This document shows positions 52,581-64,000 of a DNA stretch of 64,000 nucleotides, piece after piece. How positions within the stretch are numbered: position 1 is the first letter of the stretch; the number at the start of each line of letters is the position of its first letter. The notes below the pieces were generated by a model that saw only the letters and a program-made list of their open reading frames with translations, made no database searches and was not told the origin of the DNA. The position numbers were made by a program, and so were the translations under genes. Source of the stretch: Octopus vulgaris (Eukaryota); contig OX597816.1 of assembly GCA_951406725.2 (NCBI GenBank), positions 9,858,001 to 9,922,000 of the forward strand, read 5' to 3'.

Positions 52581-52842
52581 TCCAGCCAGTCTCTAAATAA
52601 TGTAAGATGCACATATCTGACTTGGGTTATGTATGTTGGGGAAAGGAAGTATAATGGGATGATTTGACCTCTCTACTGCTGACACATTGTAAGCAATTTT
52701 AAAGATAGTGCTAACAAACTCTGATATTTTGGCTTGTTTTTAATATTCTATTGTTATTAATTATTATGCCGAGTGGACTTAGGCTTATCCAGTTTCCTTG
52801 CCTACAACAATCAGTCTCCCATCAGAAAACCTTTTGATATAT

Positions 52843-53204
52843 TTATTCTTTTATTTGGTTCAGTCATTTGACTGCAGCCATGCTGGAGCACTGCCTTTAG
52901 TCAAACAAATCGACCACCGTACTTATTCTTTGTAAGCCTAGTACTTATTCTATCGGTCTCCTTTGCCGAACCGCCAAGTTATGGGAATGGGAACACACCA
53001 ACATCGGTTGTCAATCGATGGTGGGGGGACAAACAGACACACACACATACACACATGCTGGGATGCAGCGCATGGAATTTTGTCAGTGAACAGGTTGTGG
53101 TCTCAAAGCGACAAAAATATTTTGACAAATTAAATTTAAATGTTGAAGTGAATCTAACGTTTTTTGTGTGTTTCTTAAACGGCTTATAAACACCTTCCAC
53201 TCTG

Positions 53205-53235
<31 letters not shown>

Positions 53236-53319
53236 CGACGGGCTTCTTTCAGTTTCTGTCTACCAAATCCACTCACAAGGCTTTGGTCGGCCCGAGGCTA
53301 TAGTAGAAGACACTTGCCC
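52843..53319 (-). mobile_element. SINE family B, 5'-truncated, with a ~150-bp insert in its microsatellite
   Basis: Family B halves flank unrelated sequence at about 53057-53207. Confidence 0.8.
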
Positions 53320-54219
53320 TAAAAAAAAAAAGCACACCTTATACATTTGCATATATAGGAGTTTCTGTCTGTCTAATTTCATTTACAAGATATAGACTCT
53401 TGACCTATAACAAATGACATTTTCTGAGATGGATGAAACCTGGGATTTGCTGTCACAACAATGTCTGTTTAACCTTAGACCATATCGCACCTACCAGCAA
53501 TAAACAACAAACAAGTGACTTAATGTCTTAAGAATTTGGAAGATTTCATTTTATTAAAGATTTTACTGGAGATATTGTTGGAAAAAAATTGTTCTATTCT
53601 GCTTTTCTATGATATTTGCAAATCTAAGAACGAATTAAGGAAAAAATAATTAATTAAGCTTGTAATTTCTTACAACTTTATTTTTATTTCTTGTTCTGTG
53701 TGTGTCTGAGTGTCTGTCAGTTTGACTCTCTCTATCCCGCTCTCTCCGACAGAGACAGAAAAGGTGAGGAATTTGATTTGATATTTCTGATAATAAACAG
53801 GTCATGGGTCTTATATAAAACAAAATTTAATGGTATTTTGCAAGTCAAAATTTTGTAATTAAAACGAATACAGATATCATTGTGTTTAATTCAAGTAAAT
53901 GGTGAAGCTATAAATTTGTAATGAGATAATATAGAAGTGCTACAGAAATTCACATTAACTGGTAAAAGGTATGGAGTTGTTCTTTGTAACAAATGGTAAA
54001 ATTGTCTTCTGTGAAGTAAAAGTAACAATACTTGTCTCCACACTCAGTTTCTTGCATCACCAAAACCTACAAATTTATGGGATTTAATTATTTTTTGTTT
54101 TGATGGTGCATCAGTTCTCATGTTTGCAAGTTAGATAAATTATATGATGTTAAGATACTATGTATTTCTCAAAGTTATTATTTTAACAAGGGCGGCGCGC
54201 TGGCAGAATTGTTAGCACA

Positions 54220-54524
54220 GAATTGTTTTTGGTGAAGTGAGTTGGTCAGAGCTGCTCTTCTTTACATCTCCTGCCGTGATGTGGGTTTACCTGGTATCTC
54301 AGATAGAAACCTGTACAGACATTCCTTGTAAGCTTCCACATCAACACCATGTAGATCTCTAAGGTTGCCTGGAAGGATGTTGAACAATTACAGGCCCTTG
54401 AAACCCAGACTATTGCAGTACTGTGTCCTTGTTTTAGATGGGGAAGATAGTATCTTTGGTATGATGTAGTGCCATCCAGTTCAAGGATTAGTATAGCTGT
54501 CAATTCCAAAATTGGGAGCAAAAT

Positions 54525-54525
<1 letters not shown>
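54220..54525 (-). pseudogene. 3' fragment of a CR1/L2-like LINE ORF2
   Basis: Reads ...YCNSLGFKGL*LFNILPGNLRDLHGVDVEAYKECLYRFLSEIPGKPT, resembling the LFN.LP..LR...K..LD.FL..IP motif. Confidence 0.6.
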
Positions 54526-54574
<49 letters not shown>

Positions 54575-54782
54575 CAGCCGAAATTGCTACGATGATCCAG
54601 TTCTTGACTGAAGATTGAGGGCTTCGAATGTCCCGTCCGTGTTTTTTGTGTCGTCTTCTAAGTGTTTTGCGTTCTTGTCCCAGTTTGTAATTTTCTACAT
54701 ATAATAATAATATATATATATATATATAAATTAAAATTTAGAAAATTAATATAATTTATTAACTGCAAAAATTCAACATAGT

Positions 54783-54850
54783 CTCTTACAGCTGTTTCGA
54801 TTTTGCCCAAAGAATTAAATTCAGTAAATGGGCAAAGTCTCATCAGAGAA
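54783..54850 (-). ncRNA. Type I hammerhead ribozyme, core intact
   Basis: UUCU-CUGAUGA-GAcUUUGCCCA(19 nt)UGGGCAAAaUC-GAAAC-AGCU-GUA^AGAG. All core nucleotides are present, with a palindromic stem III loop. Confidence 0.8.
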
Positions 54851-55324
54851 GTAGAAAAGACATACCATTAGATTAATTTTATTAGGTTAGTTTTGCAGTT
54901 AATAAATTATATTAATGCTACATCTCCATTTACTGAATTTCAGTTTGAATATTTATAAACCAAAATTTATACTTAAACCTATTATTTTATGACTATTGCT
55001 ATTCGTATAAAAAAAAAATAACAGACAATGAACCAGTAATTCATTGGATATTTTTATCCCTTAATAAGGCTATTTTAACCTCTAGCCAGTGAACAGCAAT
55101 GACAATACTGGTTTGACTTTGAATCTCTTTAACAATTCAAAATAATGAATTTAATTCCCCTTAATTCTACCTCAGTTCAACTAATAGTATTTATTTATTG
55201 CTACTATTCATAAAAAGCCTTTATTTTTTTGATATTCAATGTGCATTTTCACTTTTATTCTTCTTACTTTCCCCATATCGTTTCCACGTGTAGCTTCTAT
55301 TTTCTTTTAGAAACATATTTCTAT

Positions 55325-55520
55325 TATCTATAATATAATTTGGACATGGGCAATCATATTCTTTCTTGTCTTGAGGTTCACACCCAAACGGTTGGGTGGA
55401 TTCGCGTGAAAAATGGCACACATGTGGAGACGCGTGCATAGATTGGAATGCGGTTTGTATTTTTTCCCTAGCCCCCATATTTACCAAGAAAATCGATTAA
55501 AACATTTTCTAATGGAATTC
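55325..55520 (+). mobile_element. Possible Helitron/DINE-like non-autonomous fragment
   Basis: TCTATAATATAA start and an AAACGGTTGGGTGGATTCGCGTGAAAAATGGCACACATG core reminiscent of DINE-like elements. Recognised by eye only. Confidence 0.3.
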
Positions 55521-55734
55521 CCCTCTTTCTTCCATCATTAAAACAACCAGTTGTTTAGAAGCTGTTTTCTGACAGGGTGGGGCCAGGAAATTTTCATACA
55601 GCTGGAGGCTCCAATTGAAACAGGGGACCCAAAATGATAAGGTTGAGAAATGCTGTTATAGATTAGGCCTAACTGAAAACGATCATAGCCACATCATCCA
55701 AACAGACTGAGTGACACCAGACTTAGCTGCTAGT

Positions 55735-56070
55735 ATCATCATCATCGTTTAGCGTCCGTTTTCCATGCTAGCATGGGTTGGACGGTTCTACTGGGGTCTG
55801 TGAAGCCAGAAGGCTTCATCAGGCCCAGTCAAATCTGGCAGTGTTTCTACGGCTGGATGCCCTTCCTAACGCCAACCACTCCGTGAGTGTAGTGGGTGCT
55901 TTTTACGTGCCACCCGCACTGGTGCCAGACAGAGCTGGCAAACGGCCACGAACGGACGGTGCTTTTTATGTGCCACCGGCACGAGGGCCAGGCGAGGCTG
56001 GCAACGGACACGAAACGGGGCGGTGCTGGCAACAGTCGCGAAACGGAAAGTTCTCTTACCGGAAAGTTCT
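55735..56070 (-). mobile_element. RTE 3'-tail copy
   Basis: (CAT)n, terminal sequence and two modules. Ends at (TA)n. Confidence 0.85.
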
Positions 56071-56327
56071 CTATATATATATATATATATATATTTACTT
56101 GTTTTTCATTTGGTAAACTGAATTATTTAACCGTTAAGTGGAAACTGACTTGTGTCTGTGATTTATTTAACTAATCAAGCCATCAACACTGCTCAAGACA
56201 CTATGCATGACAATTCACATACACCCTAAGAACAATTATCTAACGAAAAAAAACCAAAACACCAAAAACCACAAAAGTCTATCAAAGTGTAAAAAGGAGA
56301 TCGATAAAAGCTGAAACTTTCTCAGAC

Positions 56328-56374
<47 letters not shown>

Positions 56375-57029
56375 AATAATTTAACAATGTTCATTAAATT
56401 ATTTTCTCGCTGATAATGAAGAAACTTATGAAGCAGCATTGTATTACGAATAGGATAATATCTCCATGGCGCCTTCATTCTTCAAACACTGCCTTAGAAA
56501 GAATAGGTAGAATTAATCTTTTATATAATTTGTTACGACATTGCTCTCTTTGATGTAAATTCTTCATTTATTTGTCTTTTCTGTCTCTAAATTATTCTTA
56601 CAGATTCTATGTTCTGGTTTGCACAACTTCTCTTCTTTGGCTTCAGTTTATGTATATTAGTAACCATTGATAAATACAGAGAAATGTTTATTCTGCAAAT
56701 ATTTGATAATTCATGTAACAAGCCTACAATTTTATTAGGGCTTCCCATTTTTACAATTTATTAAAACATTTTATTAACAATGTTATGTTTCTTGATTAAA
56801 TTTTAATATCAAAATGTTATTTAGAATTAATAGTGAAAAATTTAGGATTCAATTTTTCAAAAAGTTTTCAGACATGGCTGTGTGGTTAAGAAGCCAACTT
56901 TGCAACCATGTAGTTTCGGGTTGTCAGACTGTGTGATATCTTGGACAAGTGTCTTCTACTATAGCCCTGGGCTGATCAATGCCTTGAGTGAATTTGGTAG
57001 ATAGAAATTGTGTGGAAGCTTGTTGTATG

Positions 57030-57138
<109 letters not shown>

Positions 57139-57514
57139 TATAGGCACAGGAGTGGCTGTGTGGTAAGAAGCTTGCTTCCCAACCACATGGTTCCGCGTTC
57201 AGTCCCACTGCATGGCACCTTGGGTAAGTATCTCCTACTATAGCCTCAGGCCGACCACAGCCTTGTGAGTGGATTTGGTAGACAGAAACTGAAAGAAGCT
57301 CGTTATATATATATATATATATATAATTATATAAAAGGGCTTAGTAAAATAAATTACTTTGCCACATACTGAACTCATTAGAAATAGTAGCTAAAAAAAC
57401 TTTTTAAAACTATTTCTAATACTTAAAGAAAATCTCTCTCATATAGTGTTTGCTCAATTCAACTCATGAAAGTATGGGGGTAAAGACATTAAAAAATCAA
57501 ATGCAAAGGTTATT

Positions 57515-57566
57515 TGAGAACGTACGTTTCTAGATTAGTCAACTCGACATTTCTATCATCAGCTCA
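57515..57566 (-). ncRNA. Type I hammerhead ribozyme, core intact
   Basis: UGAG-CUGAUGA-UAGA.GUCG(agu)UGAC.UCUA-GAAAC-GUAC-GUU^CUCA. Confidence 0.75.
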
Positions 57567-58190
57567 GAACTCCTTGGTTTGGATTTGAAAACACTGAAAG
57601 TGGGAGCATACCCTTTCGGCTTCTTATCGCTTCTGAAGATCTGCTCGAACTAACAGTGCCAGCAAACTCAAAATATGCAAGCGAAGAATTTCTGCTCTCC
57701 CCTTTCCACCAGCGTGGGTTAAAATCAGTAAACACTATGCTTTTTCGGTAAAATCCGAAGCATTAAATAGAGAGAGATGAATTATAATTTCAACAATTGA
57801 GGGTAAAATTAATTAATTATTAATCAATTTCACCAAGTATTCAGTATGCAAAGGGACCATTTAAGGCGAATTCAAATTATTACATTATATAAAAGGGCTT
57901 AGTAAAATAAATTACTTTGCCACATACTGAACTCATTAGAAATAGTAGCTAAAAAAACTTTTTTAAAACTATTTCTAATACTTAAAGAAAATCTCTCTCA
58001 TATAGTGTTTGCTCAATTCAACTCACGAAAGTATGGGGGTAAAGACATTAAAAAATCAAATGCAAAGGTTATTTTAAACTTTTTAAAACTATTTCTAATA
58101 CTTAAAGTTCGAGCAGATCTTCAGAAGCGATAAGAAGCCGAAAGGGTATGCTCCCACTTTCAGTGTTTTCAAATCCAAACCAAGGAGTTC

Positions 58191-58242
58191 TGAGCTGATG
58201 ATAGAAATGTCGAGTTGACTAATCTAGAAACGTACATTCTCA
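58191..58242 (+). ncRNA. Second copy of the hammerhead, stem III mutated
   Basis: Identical to 57515-57566 except GAAACGTACaTT (G>A at a CpG). Confidence 0.65.
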
Positions 58243-58525
58243 AATAACCTTTGCATTTGATTTTTTAATGTCTTTACCCCCATACTTTCGTGAGTTGAAT
58301 TGAGCAAACACTATATGAGAGAGATTTTCTTTAAGTATTAGAAATAGTTTTAAAAAGGTTTTTTTATCTACTATTTCTAATGAGTTCAGTATGCGGCAAA
58401 GTAATTTATTTTACTAAGCCCTTTTATATAATGTAATAATTTGAATTCGCCTTAAATGGTCCCTTTGCATACTGAATACTTGGTGAAATTGATTAATAAT
58501 TAATTAATTTTACCCTCAATTGTTG

Positions 58526-58573
<48 letters not shown>

Positions 58574-58860
58574 GTGTGTGTGTGTGTGTATTTGTGTTTG
58601 TTCTCCATCATCGCTTGACAACTGATGTTGGTGTGTTTATGTCCCTATAACTTAGCGTTTTGGCAAAAGAGACCGATAGAATAAGTACTAGGCTTACAAA
58701 GAATAAGTCCTTGCTTCGATTTGTTCGACTAAAATTGGTGCTCCAGCATGGCTGCAGTCAAAATGACTGAAACAAGTAAAAGAATAGAAGAATATATTTC
58801 ACAGATGAGAATCAGATATTCCCCGTATGGAATACACTTAGTACTGCTCAAGAGATTTAA

Positions 58861-59550
58861 ACATGAGCAGAAGTAAATATAAGGACAAGCAAGTTAGACA
58901 GGTCAATATACAAAGTATATCAAATACATGGAATACAAGAAACGTATATATATGTATACATATAAAAAGGTCTGAATTACACAGAATATAAATGATATAG
59001 AAAATTAAAGAGAGTGAGGAAAAGTATTACAAATCTAACAGCTGTTTCTGGCTCAGTGGTCCAAAATAATGTTTGCAGACTGATTCCATCACTGGATGAG
59101 ATGAACCTCCATCTTCAGGGAAGAGATCTTACATTTGAGGTGTTGAAGGAAAGAAGTTCAAAGATGGGATCAACCTACAGACGTTATCATGGACCACTGA
59201 GCCCCCAGAAACAGGTGTTGGATTTATAATACTTTCCTTCAACATTTTAAATTTTCTATATCATTTGTATTTTGTGTAAGTCGGACTTCTTTCTATGTAA
59301 ACATACATCTTTTGTATTTCATCACCATCGTTTAATGTCCGCTTTCCATGCTAGCATGGGTTGGACGATTTTGACTGAGGGCTGGCGAACCAGATTCCAA
59401 TCTTGATCTGGCAGAGTTTCTACAGCTGGATGCCCTTCCTACTGCCAACCACTCTAAGAGTGTAGTGGGTGCTTTTTATGTGCCACCGTATTTGATATAC
59501 TGTATATAATGATCTAACTTGCTTATCCTACATTTACTTCTGTATACATG
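58861..59550. mobile_element. Old fold-back element with hammerhead remnant, interrupted by an RTE tail (59320-59488, -)
   Basis: 58861-59090 is a diverged reverse complement of 59165-59320 plus 59488-59550. The minus strand has CUGAAGA-UGG...CCA-GAAAC-AGCU-GUU at 59034-59121. Confidence 0.65.
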
Positions 59551-60106
59551 TGTGTGTGAAAGTGTGTGTGTGCATGCGTGTGTGTGTGTCTGTCTTTATC
59601 ACCCCCACTTGACAACCAGTGTTGGTTTGTTTATGTTCCTGTAACTCAACAACAAAAGAGACTAATAGAAACATACCTGACTTACAAATAAAATGAAATG
59701 GTACCGATTTATTGAACTAAAACACTTCAAAGCAGTGCTCCAGCATGGCACCAGTCATATGACTGATACAAAGAAAAGACAAAAATTTATGAAGATGGAA
59801 AAAGTATGAAATGATATCAATTTGTTGGTCACAGTCAAAAAGTCCTGTTTTATAAAACAATTCACATCCTAATTTTATGCCACCAAGACTACGAAAGCTA
59901 AGTTAATCTCAGTGGAGATTTCAATTAAAATAACCAAGTGCTGGATTAGATTCTGTAAAGCCTCCAGGGAACATTCTACTGCCTTTCTACATGGGTATTC
60001 AACCTGCCTAAAACAGCAACCAAATCTCTCTCACGTTTCACCCTGCCGTCTAAAAATAATATGATCATATTGGATAATATAGTCCTTCGCATATAAAAAG
60101 TCATGA

Positions 60107-60341
60107 GGCGGTGAGCTGGCAGAAACTTTAGCACGCCGGGCGAAATGCTTAGCGGTATTTCGCCTGCCGTTACGTTCTGAGTTCAAATTCCGCCGAGGTC
60201 GACTTTGCCTTTCATCCTTTAGGGGTCGATTAAATAAGTACCAGTTACACACTGGGATCAATGTAATCGACTTAATCCCTTTGTCTGTCCTTGTTTGTCC
60301 TCTCTGTATTTAGCTCCTTGTGGGTAGCAAAGAAATAGGTA
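60107..60341 (+). mobile_element. SINE family A, full length
   Basis: Matches 15511 and 22372. Confidence 0.9.
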
Positions 60342-60913
60342 TGTAAAAAGTCATGATAGGCATGGTTAGAATGCCGTTTGACCAAAGGCCTATTCAATTT
60401 CAGATGACATGAAGTTAAAAGAATTATTTTACCAGTTGGTGGTGGAGAAATGAAAATAAGAAATCGGCCATGTTACTATTATGGTATCTATTATTTCACT
60501 CTGTTTTGCGGAACTCTTATAAAGATGTGAACAAACCAACACACACACACACACATATAATGGAAATCCACAGAGTTTCCAGATGCCAAATTCACTTAAA
60601 AGACATTGATTGGCCATAGGCAATAGTATCAGTCACTTACCTGACATGCAGGGCATTGGGACTGAACCTAAAACCACGAGGTTCCAAAGTGCTTCTTAAC
60701 CACTTTGGAACCACTTCTTAACCAGTCATCCTTGCACATATGTATAATATATTCAACTTATCTTCTCACATCTTTTCTGAATCAGAATGGGTGAACATTG
60801 TTTGCTAATTAACATAATGGAAGTCATTAGTAGCATGTAAGCCATAACATTAAGTCTAGGGCAAAAACCACCTGCTGAGGCCTTTCAGAGAGAAGGGATC
60901 TCATTATCTAACC

Positions 60914-61546
60914 CAGTGGTTCTCACCCATTTTTTTTCACCTATGGACTCCTTTGATTTTATTTGGATGGACCCTCATAGCTATTTGATATTAAAAAATT
61001 CCTGTTATATTTTTATAATTAAATATTATTAGAAATTGTATAAAAATAAAGATTGTTTGCCAACATAAAATGGCAGCCCTGGTTTAGGACAAATTTTGCT
61101 GTAATTTAGCCCCAGGAGACATCATCTCCAGCTGGCTATACGGCATGATCTGTGTCCTTATATTTTCAAACAAGGGAATCTAGTACCCCCACTCAACTCA
61201 AAACAATATCTGTGGTGGTAGTAGATTACCTTGTTCGAAAATATAAGGACACAGATCGTGTTGTATAACTAGCTGGAGACAATGGCTCCTGGGGCTAAAT
61301 TACAGCAACATTCATCCAAAACCAGGACTGCCATGTTATGTTGGCAAATAATCTTTACTCCAAAGTAGTGTTGCTGAATATCTCTCACGAGATTTTACAA
61401 AATAGTAATTTTCTAATTGTATAAAAATAATTATTAAAATATTTTGTACATTGTAAAAATATAACCAATTTATTGCAGATAAATTTTAACAACAAAATCT
61501 TATCTGGATCCCCAAGGGCCATACAAACTCTGGTTGAGAACCACTG
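60914..61546. mobile_element. hAT (Charlie-like) MITE
   Basis: TIRs CAGTGGTTCTCA and TGAGAACCACTG. 8-bp TSD ATCTAACC / ATCTAAGC. Confidence 0.88.
61047..61414. mobile_element. Fold-back insert nested in the hAT MITE
   Basis: 146-bp inverted arms 61047-61192 and 61212-61357, plus a one-sided tail. A 16-bp direct repeat AATTGTATAAAAATAA lies at 61034 and 61415. Confidence 0.8.
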
Positions 61547-61659
61547 ATCTAAGCAAATTACTTGTCCAACTAACCAGTCAAATACTCAGATATTCTTTTA
61601 ACCGCTCTAATATGACTCCCTTCATTATTTCAACCCACTGATGAAAATTTTTAGGAACA

Positions 61660-62127
61660 TAACTGGCTTCCGTGCCAGTGGCACATAAAAGGCACCATTC
61701 GAATGTGATCGTTACCAGCGTCACCTTACTGGCACTTGTGCCTGTGCTAGTAGGGTGCTAAGAGCACCATCCGAGCGTGATCGTTGCCAAAGCTACTAAC
61801 TGGCTTCCGTGCCGTTGGCACGTAAAAGGCACCATTTGAGCGTGATTGTTACCAGCGTCGCCTTACTTGTACCGGTGGCATGTGTAAAAAGATTTGAGTG
61901 AGGTTGTTGCCAGTACCGCCTGACTGGCCTTCATGCCGGTGGCATGTAAAAGGCACCCACAACACTCTGAGTGGTTGGCGTTAGGAAGGGCATCCAGCTG
62001 TAGAAACACTGCCAGATCAAGATTGGAGCCTGGTGCAGCCATCTGCTTTGCCAGCCCTCAGTCAAAATCGTTCAACCCATGCTAGCATGGAAAGCGGACG
62101 TTAAACAGTTATGATGATGATGATGAT
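61660..62127 (+). mobile_element. RTE 3'-tail copy with about five modules
   Basis: Repeated GTGCC(G/A)GTGGCA(C/T)(G/A)TAAAAGGCACC, the terminal sequence and (GAT)n. Confidence 0.88.
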
Positions 62128-63462
62128 CAACCACATGAAGTTGTTCGGTATGATTAAATAATCCTCTTTAATAACGTGATTATAAACAGATCTTGGCATT
62201 TGTGCATGGAATACAAACAATTTCTCTCACACTGTGTGTGTGTGTATGTACACACATGCATGTCATGCAGTATGAAATGGTACAATGCAGGTAATAGTTA
62301 GCTAACAATTCATTCTCTGTCACTATAATAACGAAGTGACTAGTAAAAAGACATTGGAATTCCTAGCTCTGAGCTGTTAAGTGCAATGCGAGACACTAAT
62401 GGGGAGCATGACCTCGCTATAAAATGTGTTATATCATTACTATGAAACCTGAATGTCTAGATCATAATTTGATACACAATTTAATATACACCTAAATACG
62501 ATGTTTTGTGGAATAAATGGTCTGTGAGGAATTCGAATTCAGGCAACTGGTTTAACTGTAGACTTATAATTTTTGGCTCTAGTCACCAAAATCCTTGACT
62601 GAATGAGAGTTATTTAAGTTACCTAAAATAAGTTAAATAACTATTATAACAAGTTCAATAAGATGGGAAAGACGTGAGTATTCATTTACTTACTTCAGCT
62701 GTATCTAAACAAAACCAAAATGGTTTTAGTTTATTAGATGGCAATCGAATAGAAAATGGCTTTGTACACAAGAAACCTGATATTGAATTAATGTTTTAAG
62801 TGCTCTGGAGGTGGGAATTAGCAGCTGTAAAATACTTGAGAATTTATCTGAATGTTTGGCGGATTTATTAAACATAGCTGGAAATTAGTTGTGCGAGGGA
62901 GTCAATTCTAGGACAGCTTTTATTCCAGCTTCTTCCTCTGTTACTCTTGAGACACAGGAAGAGCAGTTGATAAAAATAGCTGATATAATTTTATTTGAGA
63001 AAACCCGTAGTAAATGTTTATTTATCTTGTGGAAGTGTACAATAAATAGTCGAGTGCTTACCTTATGAGATCCAGAGTTATCTATTAATGAATGACCAGC
63101 TCAGGAAAATTTGCTAAAACTATTCCCACCAGCTAACCAGACTGAGACAATGGAGTCTAAAGTGTCCTAAAAGGAAACACAATGAAATGTCTGCAGAATG
63201 GTTGTAAATCTTGGTTCTATGGCAGCTTATCACCATTTTATGATGATTGTATGTACACATAAAAACAAATGCATTCATTGGGCATCTGGTACATTGAATA
63301 ACTTTTCTTTCCTTTTGTATATCTTGGCTGATGGAGATAAGTATACATGAGAGTTTCCGGTATGATGGTGTTTGTGGCAAGATGGAGTGGATTCAGATTT
63401 AGGTACAAGGACAGCAGCTTTGAGGGGAGGGGTTAAGTTGATACCACCAATCTCAGTATTTG

Positions 63463-63680
63463 TCTGGCAGAAACGTTAGCACGCCGGGCGAAATGCTTCG
63501 CGGTATTTCGTCTGCCGTTACGTTCTGAGTTCAAATTCCGCCGAGGTCAACTTTGCCTTTCATCCTTTCGGGGTCAATTAAATAAATACCAGTTATGCAC
63601 TGAGGTCGATATAATCGACTTAATCCATTTGTCTGTCCCCTTTGTATGTAGCCCCTTGTGGGCAGTAAAGAAATAGGTAT
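63463..63680 (+). mobile_element. SINE family A
   Basis: CTGGCAGAAACGTTAGCACGCCGGGCGAAATGC...GTAAAGAAATAGGTA. Confidence 0.9.
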
Positions 63681-64000
63681 TTTATTTTATTGACTAGAAA
63701 TGATGACAGGTAAAGTTGACCTCTGATCATAAAGAATCAATACAATACCACATCAATACAATACCACATCTTCTGATGCTCTTACAATTCTGTCCATTTG
63801 TTGCTTTGTCTCATCTCATGTAGGTCATCCCAATAGGGGTTTCGGTTGTGCATAGTATAGGAGTCACAGGGTGCTGCTCCCTGTGGTCCCACAGTTTCCA
63901 TCTAAATAAGAATATTAGGGTCTCGTCCATTGTCTTGTATTCAAGATCTTCTGCATGACATCCTGCTAGTTCAAAGCCAGGAATCTGATCTGTTAGGTCC

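Larger units (their letters stand above)
57326..58529. mobile_element. Penelope-like pseudo-LTR relic (partial tandem plus inverted copy)
   Basis: 57884-58074 duplicates 57326-57515. 58106-58529 is the reverse complement of 57787-57883 plus 57326-57651. Carries hammerhead motifs. (TA)n flanks. Confidence 0.75.
57141..58792 (+). mobile_element. SINE family B split by an insertion in its internal (TA)n
   Basis: 5' half at 57141-57305 and 3' half at about 58570-58792. Confidence 0.88.

Noticed and set aside
53057-53207. Insert with a hammerhead-like layout (GTGAACA...CAAAGC)
   Set aside because: The core deviates at too many positions to call.
63780-64000. Possible decayed LINE C-terminus on the minus strand
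   Set aside because: Only vague motif similarity, and truncated by the window edge.

Overview
AT-rich, microsatellite-saturated eukaryotic DNA. The repeat families look like those of octopus (inferred from my recognition of the SINE and RTE sequences, not from a search). No complete protein-coding gene is present. The one credible host coding segment is a minus-strand first coding exon encoding a signal-peptide-like N-terminus (2127-2236), so most of the window is probably upstream or 5' intronic sequence. The rest is largely mobile DNA: two 5'-truncated RTE-clade LINEs with a PHD-type zinc finger inside the RT, about 20 short RTE 3'-tail copies, three groups of tRNA-derived SINEs, Tc1/mariner-, hAT- and piggyBac-like MITEs, decayed BovB-like and CR1/L2-like LINE pieces, and a decayed tRNA-Asn. 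Three things stand out. (i) Seven fold-back elements, most of them embedded in microsatellites, several carrying type I hammerhead ribozyme cores with palindromic stem III, as in Penelope-like element termini. (ii) Tandem ~61-nt modules (hairpin plus predicted H-type pseudoknot) in the RTE 3' UTR. (iii) One RTE copy whose 3' UTR is amplified about 4-fold. All RNA structures were paired by eye, and nothing was computed or searched. Almost all ORFs in the supplied track are artefacts of simple repeats or of antisense repeat sequence.
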